Shown here: positions 35,721 to 48,628 of the stretch, piece by piece
How the letters are laid out: each line of letters begins with the position of its first letter
Numbering within the stretch: the first letter of the stretch is position 1
Assembly (NCBI GenBank): GCA_963693365.1
Contig: CAVNZM010000017.1
Location: forward strand, 3,329,375 to 3,393,374
Length of the DNA: 64,000 bases
Direction: 5' to 3'
Origin: Amoebidium appalachense
Taxonomy: Eukaryota; Protista; Ichthyosporea
Notes under the pieces: generated by a model
Database searches by the model: none
What the model was told of the DNA's origin: nothing
The model's input: only the letters and a program-made list of their open reading frames with translations
Position numbers and translations under genes: made by a program

Positions 35721-36196
35721 CTCCGTCACTGTCACGCCACGCAGCGGCAGTTGAACACAAGGTGCGTGAGAAGGAAATACGGAACAGCGTTCAAGTATCA
35801 AGTAGGTGCTCTAAACGAAAGAAAATAGCACATGTTGGATTGAAGGTTTTTTTTTGTCCCTCTGAGAGAGAGTGTGAATGTTTTTAGGTGATTAAGCTTC
35901 TGGAGGTATTAACAACAAGTTCAAAGGCTACCTTGAACTGTTCGTTTGCAAGCCGGCCAGTTTTTTTCTTCGCTGAAGCGACATTTTTCTGTCTTGGATT
36001 TTGGTTTTTGTTGGCTAAGAAGCGCGCCCATATAGTAAATTAATCCCCCTTTTTCTTTCCCCCCTTACTAAGTTGTGTGCACAAATATATGCGTTAAACG
36101 TAGGTGAAATGAAGGCAGGCGCGTGTTACGACTCTAGCCAACCCGAAAACACAGACACAGAGCGTGAAGGGACGCTTGCTTCCTTGATTTCGGGCT

Positions 36197-38909
36197 ATGT
36201 ATGGGCACCCAGGGGCCGCAGGACAGAACGGTAACAGTGACCATGGGTGGGCTGAGGGGGCAAGTCCGGCCTACCGGCCTTGGGAGGGTGGCGTAGCATA
36301 CGCACAGAACACAAACGACCCTTTCCCCAGCCACAACCAGAGAAGCTCTGAGAATGCCTATCAGAAGTTTTCCCCGCCGGTGCACTTCCGTTCTTTCAGC
36401 CAGGGGAGTGTCAATACAGCACAAGAAAATAGCGCACATGCACTAGGAAACACGGTCAACTATGGATACAGCAGCGGTGTGGGCCAAACAAATCATGCAC
36501 GTATGTTTCTGGATAACTCGGGCCAACACGGGACCTTGGGGAATTCCTTGAATGGGGTGGGTGCGGGTGACAATTACACTGGTTTTGACCAGCGCTACCA
36601 CAACGGGGCGTCCGTGAACGGGGGCTATGGGGGCCACTCGAATGAAAGGTATGACCAGTTTGGGAAATACGCGGCCCACGCACAGTCGGATTTTTCGGTG
36701 AATGACGGATACTCGGCAAGGACCGATTACAGCACCGAATACAGGTGCGTGTCTCCTTTCTTTTTACCCACTTGGTGTGTGTGGGCGATTTCTCACTGGC
36801 ACAGTGGATGTGCGCAAAATTTCTGCCATAAGTAGGAGTTGAGGTGTTTACTTGGATGTTCTTTTTTTCGATTTGTCTGGGCAATTATTTTGTGGTGAGG
36901 ATTTTTTTTTTTTTTTTGAGCCCGTGCACATATGCCTTGAATTTTGGAGTGGCAAACAGTGTGCAATACGGCATGGGTGCGGCCGAAAGACATAACCCAT
37001 GCTTGTCTCTAGTAGAAAGCTAAAATCGTCGTGGTTGGGTGAATGGAATGGGATAGCAGCAGAATGATGGGATTGGCATCATATGCTCTTTTTTTTTTGG
37101 GTGGCCGACACACCACATTTTTCTTTGTGTTCCCCTGCACTTGTGGCTTCAAACACAATTTGTTTTCCTGTGTACACTTGCCACCAATTGTTTCCTTGAA
37201 ATAGCAACTCGTTCCGACATTTTTTTTTTTTTTTTTGCTTCAATGATTGGATGGTTGGGATTGGTGCAATCGGTTACTTCGGACGATGCACACACTTGCC
37301 TTTTATCAGGCATCATATACCCTTACCGTTACAGTAACATTCCAGTAATTCATTTATTTTTTTTGTAAATGGGTAGTTCCCGGCATAGCAGCGAAACATT
37401 CCCACGTGCACCTGCTTCAATCATTGCCGAGTGCGTTTTTGACGAGCAAGTCACGTGCTTGGAACCATCCAGAATGAACCTGGACCGTCCAGACATTATC
37501 ACGTGCTTGACCCGCCCACGTGTCTGGGTCGCCACCACCACCCCTGCACGTGCCCCGTGCACATTGGCTGACTCACTCCGACCCTTTTTCAGGTCGGAAG
37601 CCGGCCAGCACGGGGGCACCCCCCACGGCAACCAACACTATGGGGGCCCGGGTGCGGGTTTTGTGCAAAACCGGGAGGAGGAGGTGCTTCAGCCAATCTG
37701 CAAGCAGACGTGCTCACGTGACCTGGCCCCCCACGTGGTGCCCTACAAGGCCATAGCAGCTGCAAACGGCACAAACATCATGGAGGCCGAGGACATGTTC
37801 CTGATTAAGGTGCGCACGTGCACACACAGACACAGCCGCACACACACACATACACACACACACACACCAGTAAGCGCACTCTGCTGCGTAACCCCAAACA
37901 AATGCACGCACACGCACATGCACGTACACACACTGAGTCTAGACAACACACTTTGGCTTGGTATGATGTGTGTTGGTGCATGCTCGTGCTATTTGCACAT
38001 GGGCGCACACACAGGAACAAACGAACAACCTAGCACATACACGAACACTACTTTCCCACTGCAAGCAGCACGTGTAGTCAAGGCACACTTGCACGTGACC
38101 ACTCAACCACCATATGCACACAGCGTTGATAACGGCAAACATCGGGAGTGTGTGGTTTGCAACTTAAGATGCACACGTGCATGTGTTTGTGCATTTGGCG
38201 TGGATGTGTTTGACAGTTTACACGCTAGATGGGCTCGTTTTCTGTGCATGTTGTCTTACGTTTTGCGATGCCAATCTGTGTAGGTGGACATGGTCTTGGT
38301 TGTTGGACTCTTTAATGCTCTAGTTGAGAAATAATGCATTCTGCCTCTCTCGTACATACACACATCCACTCGTCCCTTACACGAACATCACCACGCAAGC
38401 ATGCTCGGAAGTGCACCCCATTCTATCACAACACGGACACACACACACACACACACACACACGTACACGCACGCACACACACACACACACACACACGTAC
38501 ACATACACAGCTGATATTCCGTTCGGACGGTGAGCAACTCTTCCACACCAAGTGCGTCACGCGCGCATTCGGCATTTCCAAAGGTCGTCTTATGCGCCTT
38601 CAGAAACGCCGTGCCCAAATGGCCATCGAACAAGTGGAAGCAGGGGAGAGCGGCACAGACAGTCTTGCGGGCCATGGGTTGGTGGGTCGGCGTAGCAACA
38701 ACAGCAAGAGGCCCGAGACTTTGGAACAGTTTTTTGCGTTTGTGCGGGAGCATAGGGTCATTGATCACTGGGACGCACCTGGAAAGCCCATCTACCGCCT
38801 GCATGCCTCCATCAAGCGTGTGCAGGTGTGTCTTTCTTCTCCCCGTGTGCACTGTCATGTCTTTCTGCTATTACTACTACGCTGCCCCCTTGCCCCCTGT
38901 TTCCCCTGC

Positions 38910-38943
<34 letters not shown>

Positions 38944-40733
38944 CGCTCACACCATTACACACTGCTCATAGCCTCTCTCCCCGGCACTGTCGAGTAAGTA
39001 ATTGCTCCCCCCCCTCCCCCCGCCCCGCCCCTCTCGCCAAACACACACACACACATCACCACCATTACAACCACCACTCATCTTTCCCCCGGTTACGATG
39101 GATGCCCTCCCTCCCTCCCCCCCCCCCTCTGCCCCCCTCTGCCCCAACTGCTACCCCCACCAATACACACGTATGAATGAATTGACGACCCCCCTCCCCC
39201 CCCCAAAAAAGAAAAAAAAACAAAAAAAAAAACACACGCACACCACCACAACCACCACCACCAGTACACACACGTTGAAGGGGAGGAAGAGGATCCTCAT
39301 TGCATGCATCATATGGATGCGACCATTTGTGCACGTGCGTGTTCAGCCGTGTGTGCGTTTTGGGAGCTAGTGTGGCACGTGTGTGTGAGTTTGATGTGTG
39401 TGTGCTGTGTGCGTATGTGTTTTTGTTTTTTTTTTGTTTTTTTTTTTTTTTTGGGGGGGGGGGGGGGGGGAGAAGGATCCAATACCTTTTGTGTGCTGTA
39501 TTCGTTGTGTTTTTGTATTATCCGAACATCCAGCCAGCCACACACACCTGTTCCCCTTGAAACACTTCTCATTCACATGCAACTCACTGACCTGCCCACT
39601 TTCACGCATATGCACAGGGAGACCACAGCGACAGCCTTCGTGCGCAGTTCAACACGTGGCAGCGCAAACTGAGCACTCTCGAGGTGCCCCGTGAGAGCAT
39701 CTCCTCGGGCACGGCCCAGGCCTGGTTCAAGAAATATTTCAAGGACACTCTAAGTCCCTGCATAAGCGCACTCTCCCACGTCAACCCAAACAACCCCGCA
39801 ACCGTGCCGCCCCCACTCCCCAAACCAACAACAACAGGTTCTGTCACCACCACTACCCCGTCCATTGCGAGCTCCACTGGGAACAGCGCGTCGGCGCAGT
39901 CTTCGCCCGTTGTGGTTTCAGGAGGAGGAGGAGGGAGAAGGAAGAAGTCCGATGCGAAAAGGCAGTCGGCGCCAGTGGGGAAAAAGCGGCGGTCGCAGGA
40001 GCATGTGCTCTCCCCGCCTACCCCCGCCGCCGCCGCTGGAAACCACCACCACCACGCAAAGGCAAAGGGGGTATCTGCAAAGTCCCGTGGAGGGGTTGTG
40101 TCGGGTCGTAGCACCGACAGTTTGGGCAGTGGTGTTCCCACGACGGGGTCGGACAGCAGCCTAAATTTGGAACAGATGGGCTCTGCTCACCAACACCAGC
40201 ACGTTACATCGCATAACCTGCATAACCCGCATGTTATGAACGATGTCTTTAACGACCAGCTTGCGGTGCTGGCTGCGTCTATGGCCGTTGCGGCGGGAGT
40301 TAAAGTACAGACGGACATCCTTAGGGGGGTGACCACACTAGGCGCCTCACACGCGGCGAGCACCAATCACGACGTCCCCCAGGCCTACCTCATGCGACAA
40401 AGCTCTCTAACGGACAAAAGCAGTGTTTTGTTTCAGGAAAAGACCGAGCCCCACACCACCACCGGTGTGAAAAGTTCATTTCACGGGTGGAATGAGCCTT
40501 CACAGTCCCCCCCAAGCTCGACGGATTCCACAACGGACGAACGGGAGCCCGGTGGGGGGAAAATTCCCGCACGTAGGCGGAGGATGGGAGGGGTCGGAGG
40601 GGGTATGAGGAGAGGCTCCCCGGAGTCGGAGGTTTCTTCGAGGGATTCGAATTCGTCGGTGAGAAATAGCAGTGTGGGAACGGAGGGGACGTCGGAGGAC
40701 TCGTGGGATATCAGGTCCCCAGGGCTGGATTAG
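36197..40733 (+). CDS. Uncharacterised 731-aa putative nuclear protein: G/N/Q/Y-rich N-terminus, folded central domain (possibly transposase-derived), basic NLS-like motifs, S/T-rich tail
   Basis: Four phase-consistent GT-AG exons: 36197-36744, 37593-37809, 38511-38825, 39618-40733 (2196 nt, open throughout). Core: FHTKCVTRAFGISKGRLMRLQKRR...GHGLVGRRSNNSK...FFAFVREH...SLRAQFNTWQ...ISSGTAQAWFKKYF; basic motifs GRRKKS and GKKRRS. Confidence 0.8.
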
Positions 40734-41206
40734 GAGGTGGAAGGGGGCGGAAGTGGACGGAACCACAGGGAAGGGTGTGTGCGTGTGTGGACGTATAAAA
40801 GCCCCGTGTGTGGGGAGGCGTACGGGAGGCACACAATGGGGTTATTGTTTGGTCTCTCGGCTTTTTTGAAATATCGCGCGAAGGTTTTGTTTTTTGCTGC
40901 CTGTTTTTCGATTGCTGGGTTGGGTGTGTGTCTGACACGACCATCCCTCTCTTTTTGTCTCCGTCTTTTTCCTTTGCATCCTTAGGTTTTGTTGTTGTTG
41001 TTTATGTTGTTTTTTGTGTCACCTTGCTTTTTAGGGAACCCACTGCATCTAGCTTATGAACACACATTCATTGTGTGGCCTTATTCTTGACACTTGTGTG
41101 TCGATAAAACTGTTGTGTTTGTGCTAGGTTGCCGTGTAGATGACTCTTCCTTCTTTTCTTCTTCCCTTCTTTTTTCTTTTCTTTTCTTTTTTTTTTTGCG
41201 GTGGTG

Positions 41207-41246
<40 letters not shown>

Positions 41247-42177
41247 GTCAAACTACACAGAATTAGGTTATGTGATTTCTGTTAGTATGATACACGTGCC
41301 GATACCGTGACTCCACTGTTGATACGCATATTCATCGATATGCAGGAAAGTGTATTAGAAACAATCACCCGAAAATTCGTCTGTTTTCCATATCAACGGC
41401 AGTTGCTGGTGATGTGTGTTGCGTGGGTTAAGGGGCCATTAGTGTACAGTCAGGTCCCGCATGGGGGCTATAGATAACGATTGGCCGGGCTCCGCTGTGA
41501 TATTTATAGGTGCAGGACTTGGCCCTTTGTCATCACTCCACCAGGTCTATCTGAGATCTGACAATCAATTAATTAAAATTCCATGTTCTTGAATGTGTTT
41601 GAGCAAATGGAGGTGTGCTCGTGTGGTCCAGGAGATGTGCAATGGGCGGTTAGTGTGAACTAATGATTTTGTGGGTGGGCGGGTGCAATGGCTCACATGG
41701 GTGGGTGGGTGGTGTGGTGGCGGGCGGGCAGAAGGTGGGAGGGAGGGGGGGGGGCATGTGTCACTGAATGGGTAATGCATATCATGTAGTGCATGTCCGT
41801 GTGTTGTGTGACGGTGGAGGGGAGGGGGACTGCGCAGGCATAGGTGTGCAACAAGGGTGGCAGACTTGTGAAATTCCCCGGGGGGCATGCATTCGAAGCT
41901 GCCCTCGAGAAGTGAGAGTCTGAACCGGCCCTCGATCTCTCCTCAGCCCTCCCTCCCCCACCCCCCACCCCACCTCCAATCACTGAAGGCCTCCCATCAT
42001 ATGCAGATTCACTGGCTCTGCCACCCTTGCTCCACACCTATGTGCTGTTTTCTCCTCCTCAGTCTGTGACACATTCAGCAGTCCCCCTCCTCCACATAGT
42101 GCCGTCCCCACCCCGCCTTCCTCTCCTCCTCTCCTGTACACCTCCTCTTTCCCCTTGCTCCCTCCCTCCCTCCCAAT

Positions 42178-42242
<65 letters not shown>

Positions 42243-42289
42243 TTTTCTCTTCTTGCGTTTCTTTTCTGTTCTGTTCTTTTTTTTTTTTT

Positions 42290-42338
<49 letters not shown>

Positions 42339-42406
42339 AGAGGGGAGTGGGGTGTAAACTGAGAGTGGGAGAGAAGAGAGAAAGGCTCTCTGGGAGAGAA
42401 AGAAAT

Positions 42407-43016
<610 letters not shown>

Positions 43017-43881
43017 GGAGAGGGGGGAGGTGGGGAGAGGGAGCTAGAGAGGGGGGCGGGGGGGATCTAGAACGGGGGGGCGGGCCGGGGGGGGGGGGGG
43101 GATAGATGGAGAGAGAGAGTGTGTGTGTGCGCGAGAGAGAGGCGAATGCGCACACACGAGCACCCGGGTGACGACACTCATGCACGCGCGCTCACAATTA
43201 AAACCTAGATATGCACCTGCACTCGAGGCGTGGCGGCGGCCTTCCCGCTGTACATGCATATGTGGGCCAGTGGGTTAGCCATCCAGAATCTCCAGATCTA
43301 TTCAAGATTATTTGGACTATTCCTCAGTCTTGATTCGCTACAGAGGATTCTATTCATCGAATCTAGTGGTGCTTGTCCGTACTTGAGCAGTGCCGGGAAA
43401 AGCTTCACGTGTACTTGCGCACACTGCTTACACCCTCCCTGAAAAACACGATACTCTCCATGTCCCGCCGCCGCCAACAATAACACGTTATGTTCCCCCC
43501 CAAAAAAAAATGACGCAACGAAGGCCTTCTGATGCTGAGCGGCGAGGCGGGTGTTCAAAGGGTCTTCCTATATAAACCTCAGCCATGACACAGACGGGCC
43601 GGTGTGCGTAAGACTGCAGATTGATAGTGTGATTATTGTGTAATTTGTGTTTTGCTCGTTTTGATATTCAGTTTTAGAGTTTTCTTTATTCTCCACAAAC
43701 TTCATCAGATAGCTGTGTGCCTTTTTTCCTTTCAGATTTTACCCGACTTTTCTCTCCTTTTTTTCACAACAAAATTTGAACAGACAGGCGGCAAACCCTG
43801 AATCACGCCCCCTCACTCGTTTAGAGCATCCACCGTTGCACGCCACACAGCTACTTACCCCACCCTCTCCATAGAGCCAAA

Positions 43882-44697
43882 ATGACCATTCTTTCTCGCC
43901 CCTATGCCTTTCTGGCACACACCAGACACTTTTCTCCCCCACCCTCCCTCACCACACACCCTACCATTCGTCTTCTCAGCAATAGAGCACGTGCCGACCC
44001 CACCTCCCCCGGCAACCCCACACATTCGTCCTCTGCTGACGTGCCCAAGGCCCCCACCGTCGGTGCGGAGGAGTCAGGGCTGCCCAAGGTCGGACCAGAC
44101 ACGCAGTGGCAGGACATCAGCGAACTGGCGTAGGTCCACGTACATGCAACAAAACACACGCGCACACACACGCGTACGCACGTGCACCACAAGCACACCC
44201 TTACATACACGCACACATACGCAAACACGCACACGCGCACACACGCATACACACACACACGCACACACGCATACACACACGCGCGCACACGCGCACACGC
44301 GCGCACACGTAGTACACAAACATACCTTCTCCCCCCTTCCTCCCTTGCTCGCTCATCCACGTTCCCTCTGGCAACCCTCCCCCCCCCTCCCCACCCCTCT
44401 CTCCCGCTTTAAATTTCTAGTTTTTTAACGAGGCTTGATGCACTTTATTCCGTGCCCTAGGCCATTTGTACACCCACTGGACATTTTTTTGCTTTTTACC
44501 GTCTGAATCATTTTCGTTTTCTCCGTGAACAGCAGTTTCAAATTGAACACCTCCCCCCTCCCCCCCCCCCTCCCCCCCCCCCCCCCCCCCCCCCCCCCTT
44601 CTTTTTTTTTTCCCTCTTTTTTTTTTTTTTAGGCTCACGGTCCCATATACACGCGATCCCAATTCCCATCGATCCCTCTTCCTCTCCGACCCCTCCC

Positions 44698-44744
<47 letters not shown>

Positions 44745-45004
44745 CAAAATGATTACCATCCCTCCCTGTTCCCCAGTGTGCCCCTTCGCCCCTTACGTTA
44801 CCCCCCCACACATGTGCATACGTAGCTCGCTCTAACCCAGCCTCGTTTCTCTTTTCTCATCCGGTCTCTTTCCCATCTTTCCATTTCGTTTTCCGTTCCT
44901 TTTCACTGGTGGTCAGTGTCATAAATGTCGCGATCACTATATCGTTGTTTTCGGGGGTGCATTGCATTGGTTTCGTTACTTCACCCACAACATAGGCAAC
45001 TGAG

Positions 45005-45035
<31 letters not shown>

Positions 45036-45208
45036 CGGGGGCGCAAAAAAAGGGGAAAAGAGAAAGAAAGCCGCCAACTCAGCACTTTCCCCTCACAGTG
45101 TGCTGTCCGGCATGCCCAAGGAGCACATTGGCCGGGTTGCTGAGGTCTACCTGCCCGCAAAAACCCCCAGCCAGCAGGGCCCAGGTTCAGGGTAATATTT
45201 GCCCCCCC

Positions 45209-45239
<31 letters not shown>

Positions 45240-45324
45240 AAACCCCCCTCCATTGGATTTTTACTTGCAAACCTCGGCCCGGGTAACACGAGCCAACTGT
45301 CTTGAATTTGTTGGAAACATTGAG

Positions 45325-45366
<42 letters not shown>

Positions 45367-46960
45367 ACTGACAGGTCGCATTTTTCGGGCAAATAGGACC
45401 CCCGCCTTCGATTATGTCATAAATCTTGGGTTAGGAGGAGGCCAGTCCAGCGGGTTCTATTGGTCTGAAATTTCGATATCCACCCCAAACTTAGTTAAAG
45501 TCGTAAATATAGGGCATGTATGCAGTGCATATCAGTCACGGTGTACATTGTGTTCAAGTAAGAGCGTCGAACTGAAAGGAAAAGCTCGTGTGAGTGGAGA
45601 GAATTAGGGTTGGGGAGGGGGGCGGGGACCGAAGGGGGAAGGGGGAGTCTAAACAGGTCATTGAAATTTATAGAGTAAATTAATGAGATGCGGGCCGCAC
45701 TTGATCGAGCCCCATACTTCGATGCTTTTGGGCTGCTCTGGTCTCTTCTTTTGTTAGTGAGCCGCTTCGCGTTGATCTAAATATCTAAATATCTAGATTG
45801 TTAAATTTAAGTATAAAACTTCCGCAATCCGATCGATCTGTTAAATGTTTAAAGTTTGCATAAAATCTAGATTGATTTCGACCCTCTTCCAAATGGGCGC
45901 ATCTGGAAGAGGGGGGGGGGGGGGGGTCTTCCAGATGTCTAGGATGAGACGATTGGTCCTTGGAACTCGCCTAAATATCTCTTATCCAATAGAATTGTGA
46001 TCTACGATCTAGATAATTCATTTTCTAAACTGCTCTACGCGAATCGAGCAGACTTTTAGATATTTAGAGAACGGCATTGGTTCTCTAAATTCGCCGAGTA
46101 TTTAGATATTTAGATCAACGCGAAGCGAGTCAGTCGCATTGCCATGAATGGTTCGCAATGGCTCCATCTAATTGGTTGTGTGCAGGCAGTGGCAGGTGGA
46201 CTTTGGGGAGACTCGTGAGCGCTGGACCAGTATCCCCATGGGCTGGACGGCAAGGTATTAATGCTGCCCCCCTCCCCCCTCCTCCCCCCCCCCCCCCCCT
46301 CCCCCCCCCCTCCCTTACTGCCCCACTGAGCCCCCGCCCTCCCCCTCCCCTCAACTCCCCTCCGCCCACACCACACGCACACAAACACACACACCCACAC
46401 CCACACATCTACCCCCCCCCCCCCCCCCCCCCCCCCACCCACCCACCCACCCACACATACACCATCACCACCACCCCTCTTCAAAAAAGAAAGTAAAAAT
46501 CGTAATATGAGCCCAATAATATTGTCTTCGGCACAACTATTCACACCCCCATATGTATGTGCGCAAGGTGACCACACGGTGTGTGTATATGTTAGCACGT
46601 GCATGAACGTGGTGCACCCATGCACACTGCCAAGTCACTGATTCTTCCGTGAATTTCTGCAGTGACGAAAGACAAGAGCTGTACCGTATTCATGTCCCCC
46701 CCCCCCCCCCCCCCCCCCCCCCCGGGCACCTCCTTTTCAGCCGGCCTTCACGCATAGTCCTGAAGTAATTACATATGTATGCCGCCACTACTGTGCCTCA
46801 GAGTGTCACATACAGATACCGTCCACCATTAAGAATACCCGCCAATAAGAATACGCTAGCGGCCAAGTCCGTCATTTTTTAAGAATATGCACCGCAGCTA
46901 GATTTTAGGATATTCTTAATGGCGGACTGACCTATTAACTTGCTGGATCATGCATACACA

Positions 46961-46991
<31 letters not shown>

Positions 46992-48142
46992 TCTTTTACT
47001 CCGGCCCCTTCCTCCTCCCCCCCCCCCCTCCCCCCTCAACACACACACCCCATGGCCAACCCTCCCCTTCCCTATGTCTCCCCCCCTCCCCCCCCCCCCG
47101 GGGGACCCGTGCCATTCAAGAAAATGATAGCGGCCATGCAAAAAATTTAAAAAGGTACCGCGACCACGTTTTGGGGGGGTTCTTAATGGCGGACGGCATC
47201 TGTATCTCTGAACACTCACGACACTGGCTGCGGGCTTAATCACGTGCTTGGGCATTGGTCTGCGTTTCAAAGGTGGTAAAATTTATTTCACCTACACGTG
47301 TATATACACACACAGACAGACACGCGGACATGCACATGTGTGCGTGCGCATCACCACAACACACACACATCATATGGAACCAACAGGACATGCAATGCAG
47401 ACAAAAAGTATAAGTCAGCGCTCCATAAAGTCGCCTGACTTTAAAACTATACTATGCCGTTAAAATTTAACATTCATACAGCGCTGACCCCCTGAGCACG
47501 CTGGACTTGAAGTTTCCCACAAAGGAGTCGGCCCTGGCCTTTGCTACCCGCTACGGTACGCATTATCGATCCCCCCCCCCCCCCCCCCCCCCCCAACACT
47601 TAAGGGAAACCCCCAAACAAACAAAAACAAAACCCAAAAAAAAAAAAAAAAAAAAAAAAAGAACGAATCCCCCCCTCCCCCCCCTCCCTTCCCATACCCA
47701 TATGACCACCGTTACCAACACTGACATAACAAACAATGACGACTGCAATGAGAAAAACTCCAGAAACAAGAGCGTGATTATGGTGTACAAGTGGGGACCA
47801 TGGGTGTCTTATGCGCGCTTGCTCACTTTGCGCGCAATGTATGTCACATGTAGTAATGGTCGGGGCTTTCCATGTGCGTGTTTGTTTGTGCAACAATGCC
47901 TTATTATAAGAATAAACTATGTTTGCATTGGCGGCGATGAATATGAATACCAACGGTGTCGTACATTCAACGAGTGGAGGGGGTGTTTAAGGGTTACGTG
48001 GGTGGTGGTGGTGGTGTGTCCTGGTGCACGTGTGTGTGTGCATGCATGTGTGTTTTATGAGGGAGGGGGGGGGGGGGGGGGGGGGGCAGCAGGGAGAGGA
48101 TTAGCTATGAACGGTACCAATCAGTTAATAGTTCTTTTCTTC

Positions 48143-48175
<33 letters not shown>

Positions 48176-48419
48176 CGCAACAGCATACTACTGTAGCTCT
48201 CACTTTAACGGTAATTGTTCTTCCTATCAGAACGTCACTCATCCATGCCTAATTCCCCTCGATCCATCCCACACCAATACCCATATTCACCAATGGGAAC
48301 CCAAACAATCTTGTACCACTCACCTTTCCCCACGGACTTTGGCACCCTTCAAGACACCTGTGTAACAGGCTTCCCCCCCCCCCCCCCCCCAAACACACAC
48401 ACACACACACACGCACAGG

Positions 48420-48452
<33 letters not shown>

Positions 48453-48628
48453 GCATACGCACACGCACACGCACACGCACATACACACACGGACACACGC
48501 GCACACCCTCTCCCCGTTCAACAGGGTGGAAGGTCAACGTTCGTGATGAGCATTCAAAGACCCCCAAGAAAAAGTCCTATGCCGACAACTTTGCTTGGAA
48601 CAAGCGCACCCGCATCGGCACAAAGTGA
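43882..48628 (+). CDS. NDUFS4: NADH:ubiquinone oxidoreductase subunit S4 (complex I 18 kDa subunit), 195 aa with a mitochondrial presequence-like N-terminus
   Basis: Five phase-consistent exons: 43882-44129, 45099-45191, 46186-46254, 47482-47555, 48525-48628. Motifs: [76 protein letters not shown]. Confidence 0.95.
45758..46132. mobile_element. Inverted-repeat element of about 375 bp (MITE/foldback-like) in NDUFS4 intron 2
   Basis: CGCTTCGCGTTGATCTAAATATCTAAATA (45763-45791) is the exact reverse complement of 46099-46127. Internal inverted repeat CATCTGGAAGA/TCTTCCAGATG flanks a G run. No clear target-site duplication. Confidence 0.7.
46813..47202. mobile_element. 390-bp Tc1/mariner/pogo-type MITE with TA target-site duplication in NDUFS4 intron 3
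   Basis: TA|CAGATACCGTCCACCATTAAGAA...TTCTTAATGGCGGACGGCATCTG|TA (23-bp TIR, 2 mismatches). Internal copies of the TIR core at about 46839 and 46911. Confidence 0.85.

Noticed and set aside
39602-40141. 179-aa antisense ORF, and similar antisense ORFs over 58482-61671
   Set aside because: Shadow frames of GC-rich coding sequence on the opposite strand.
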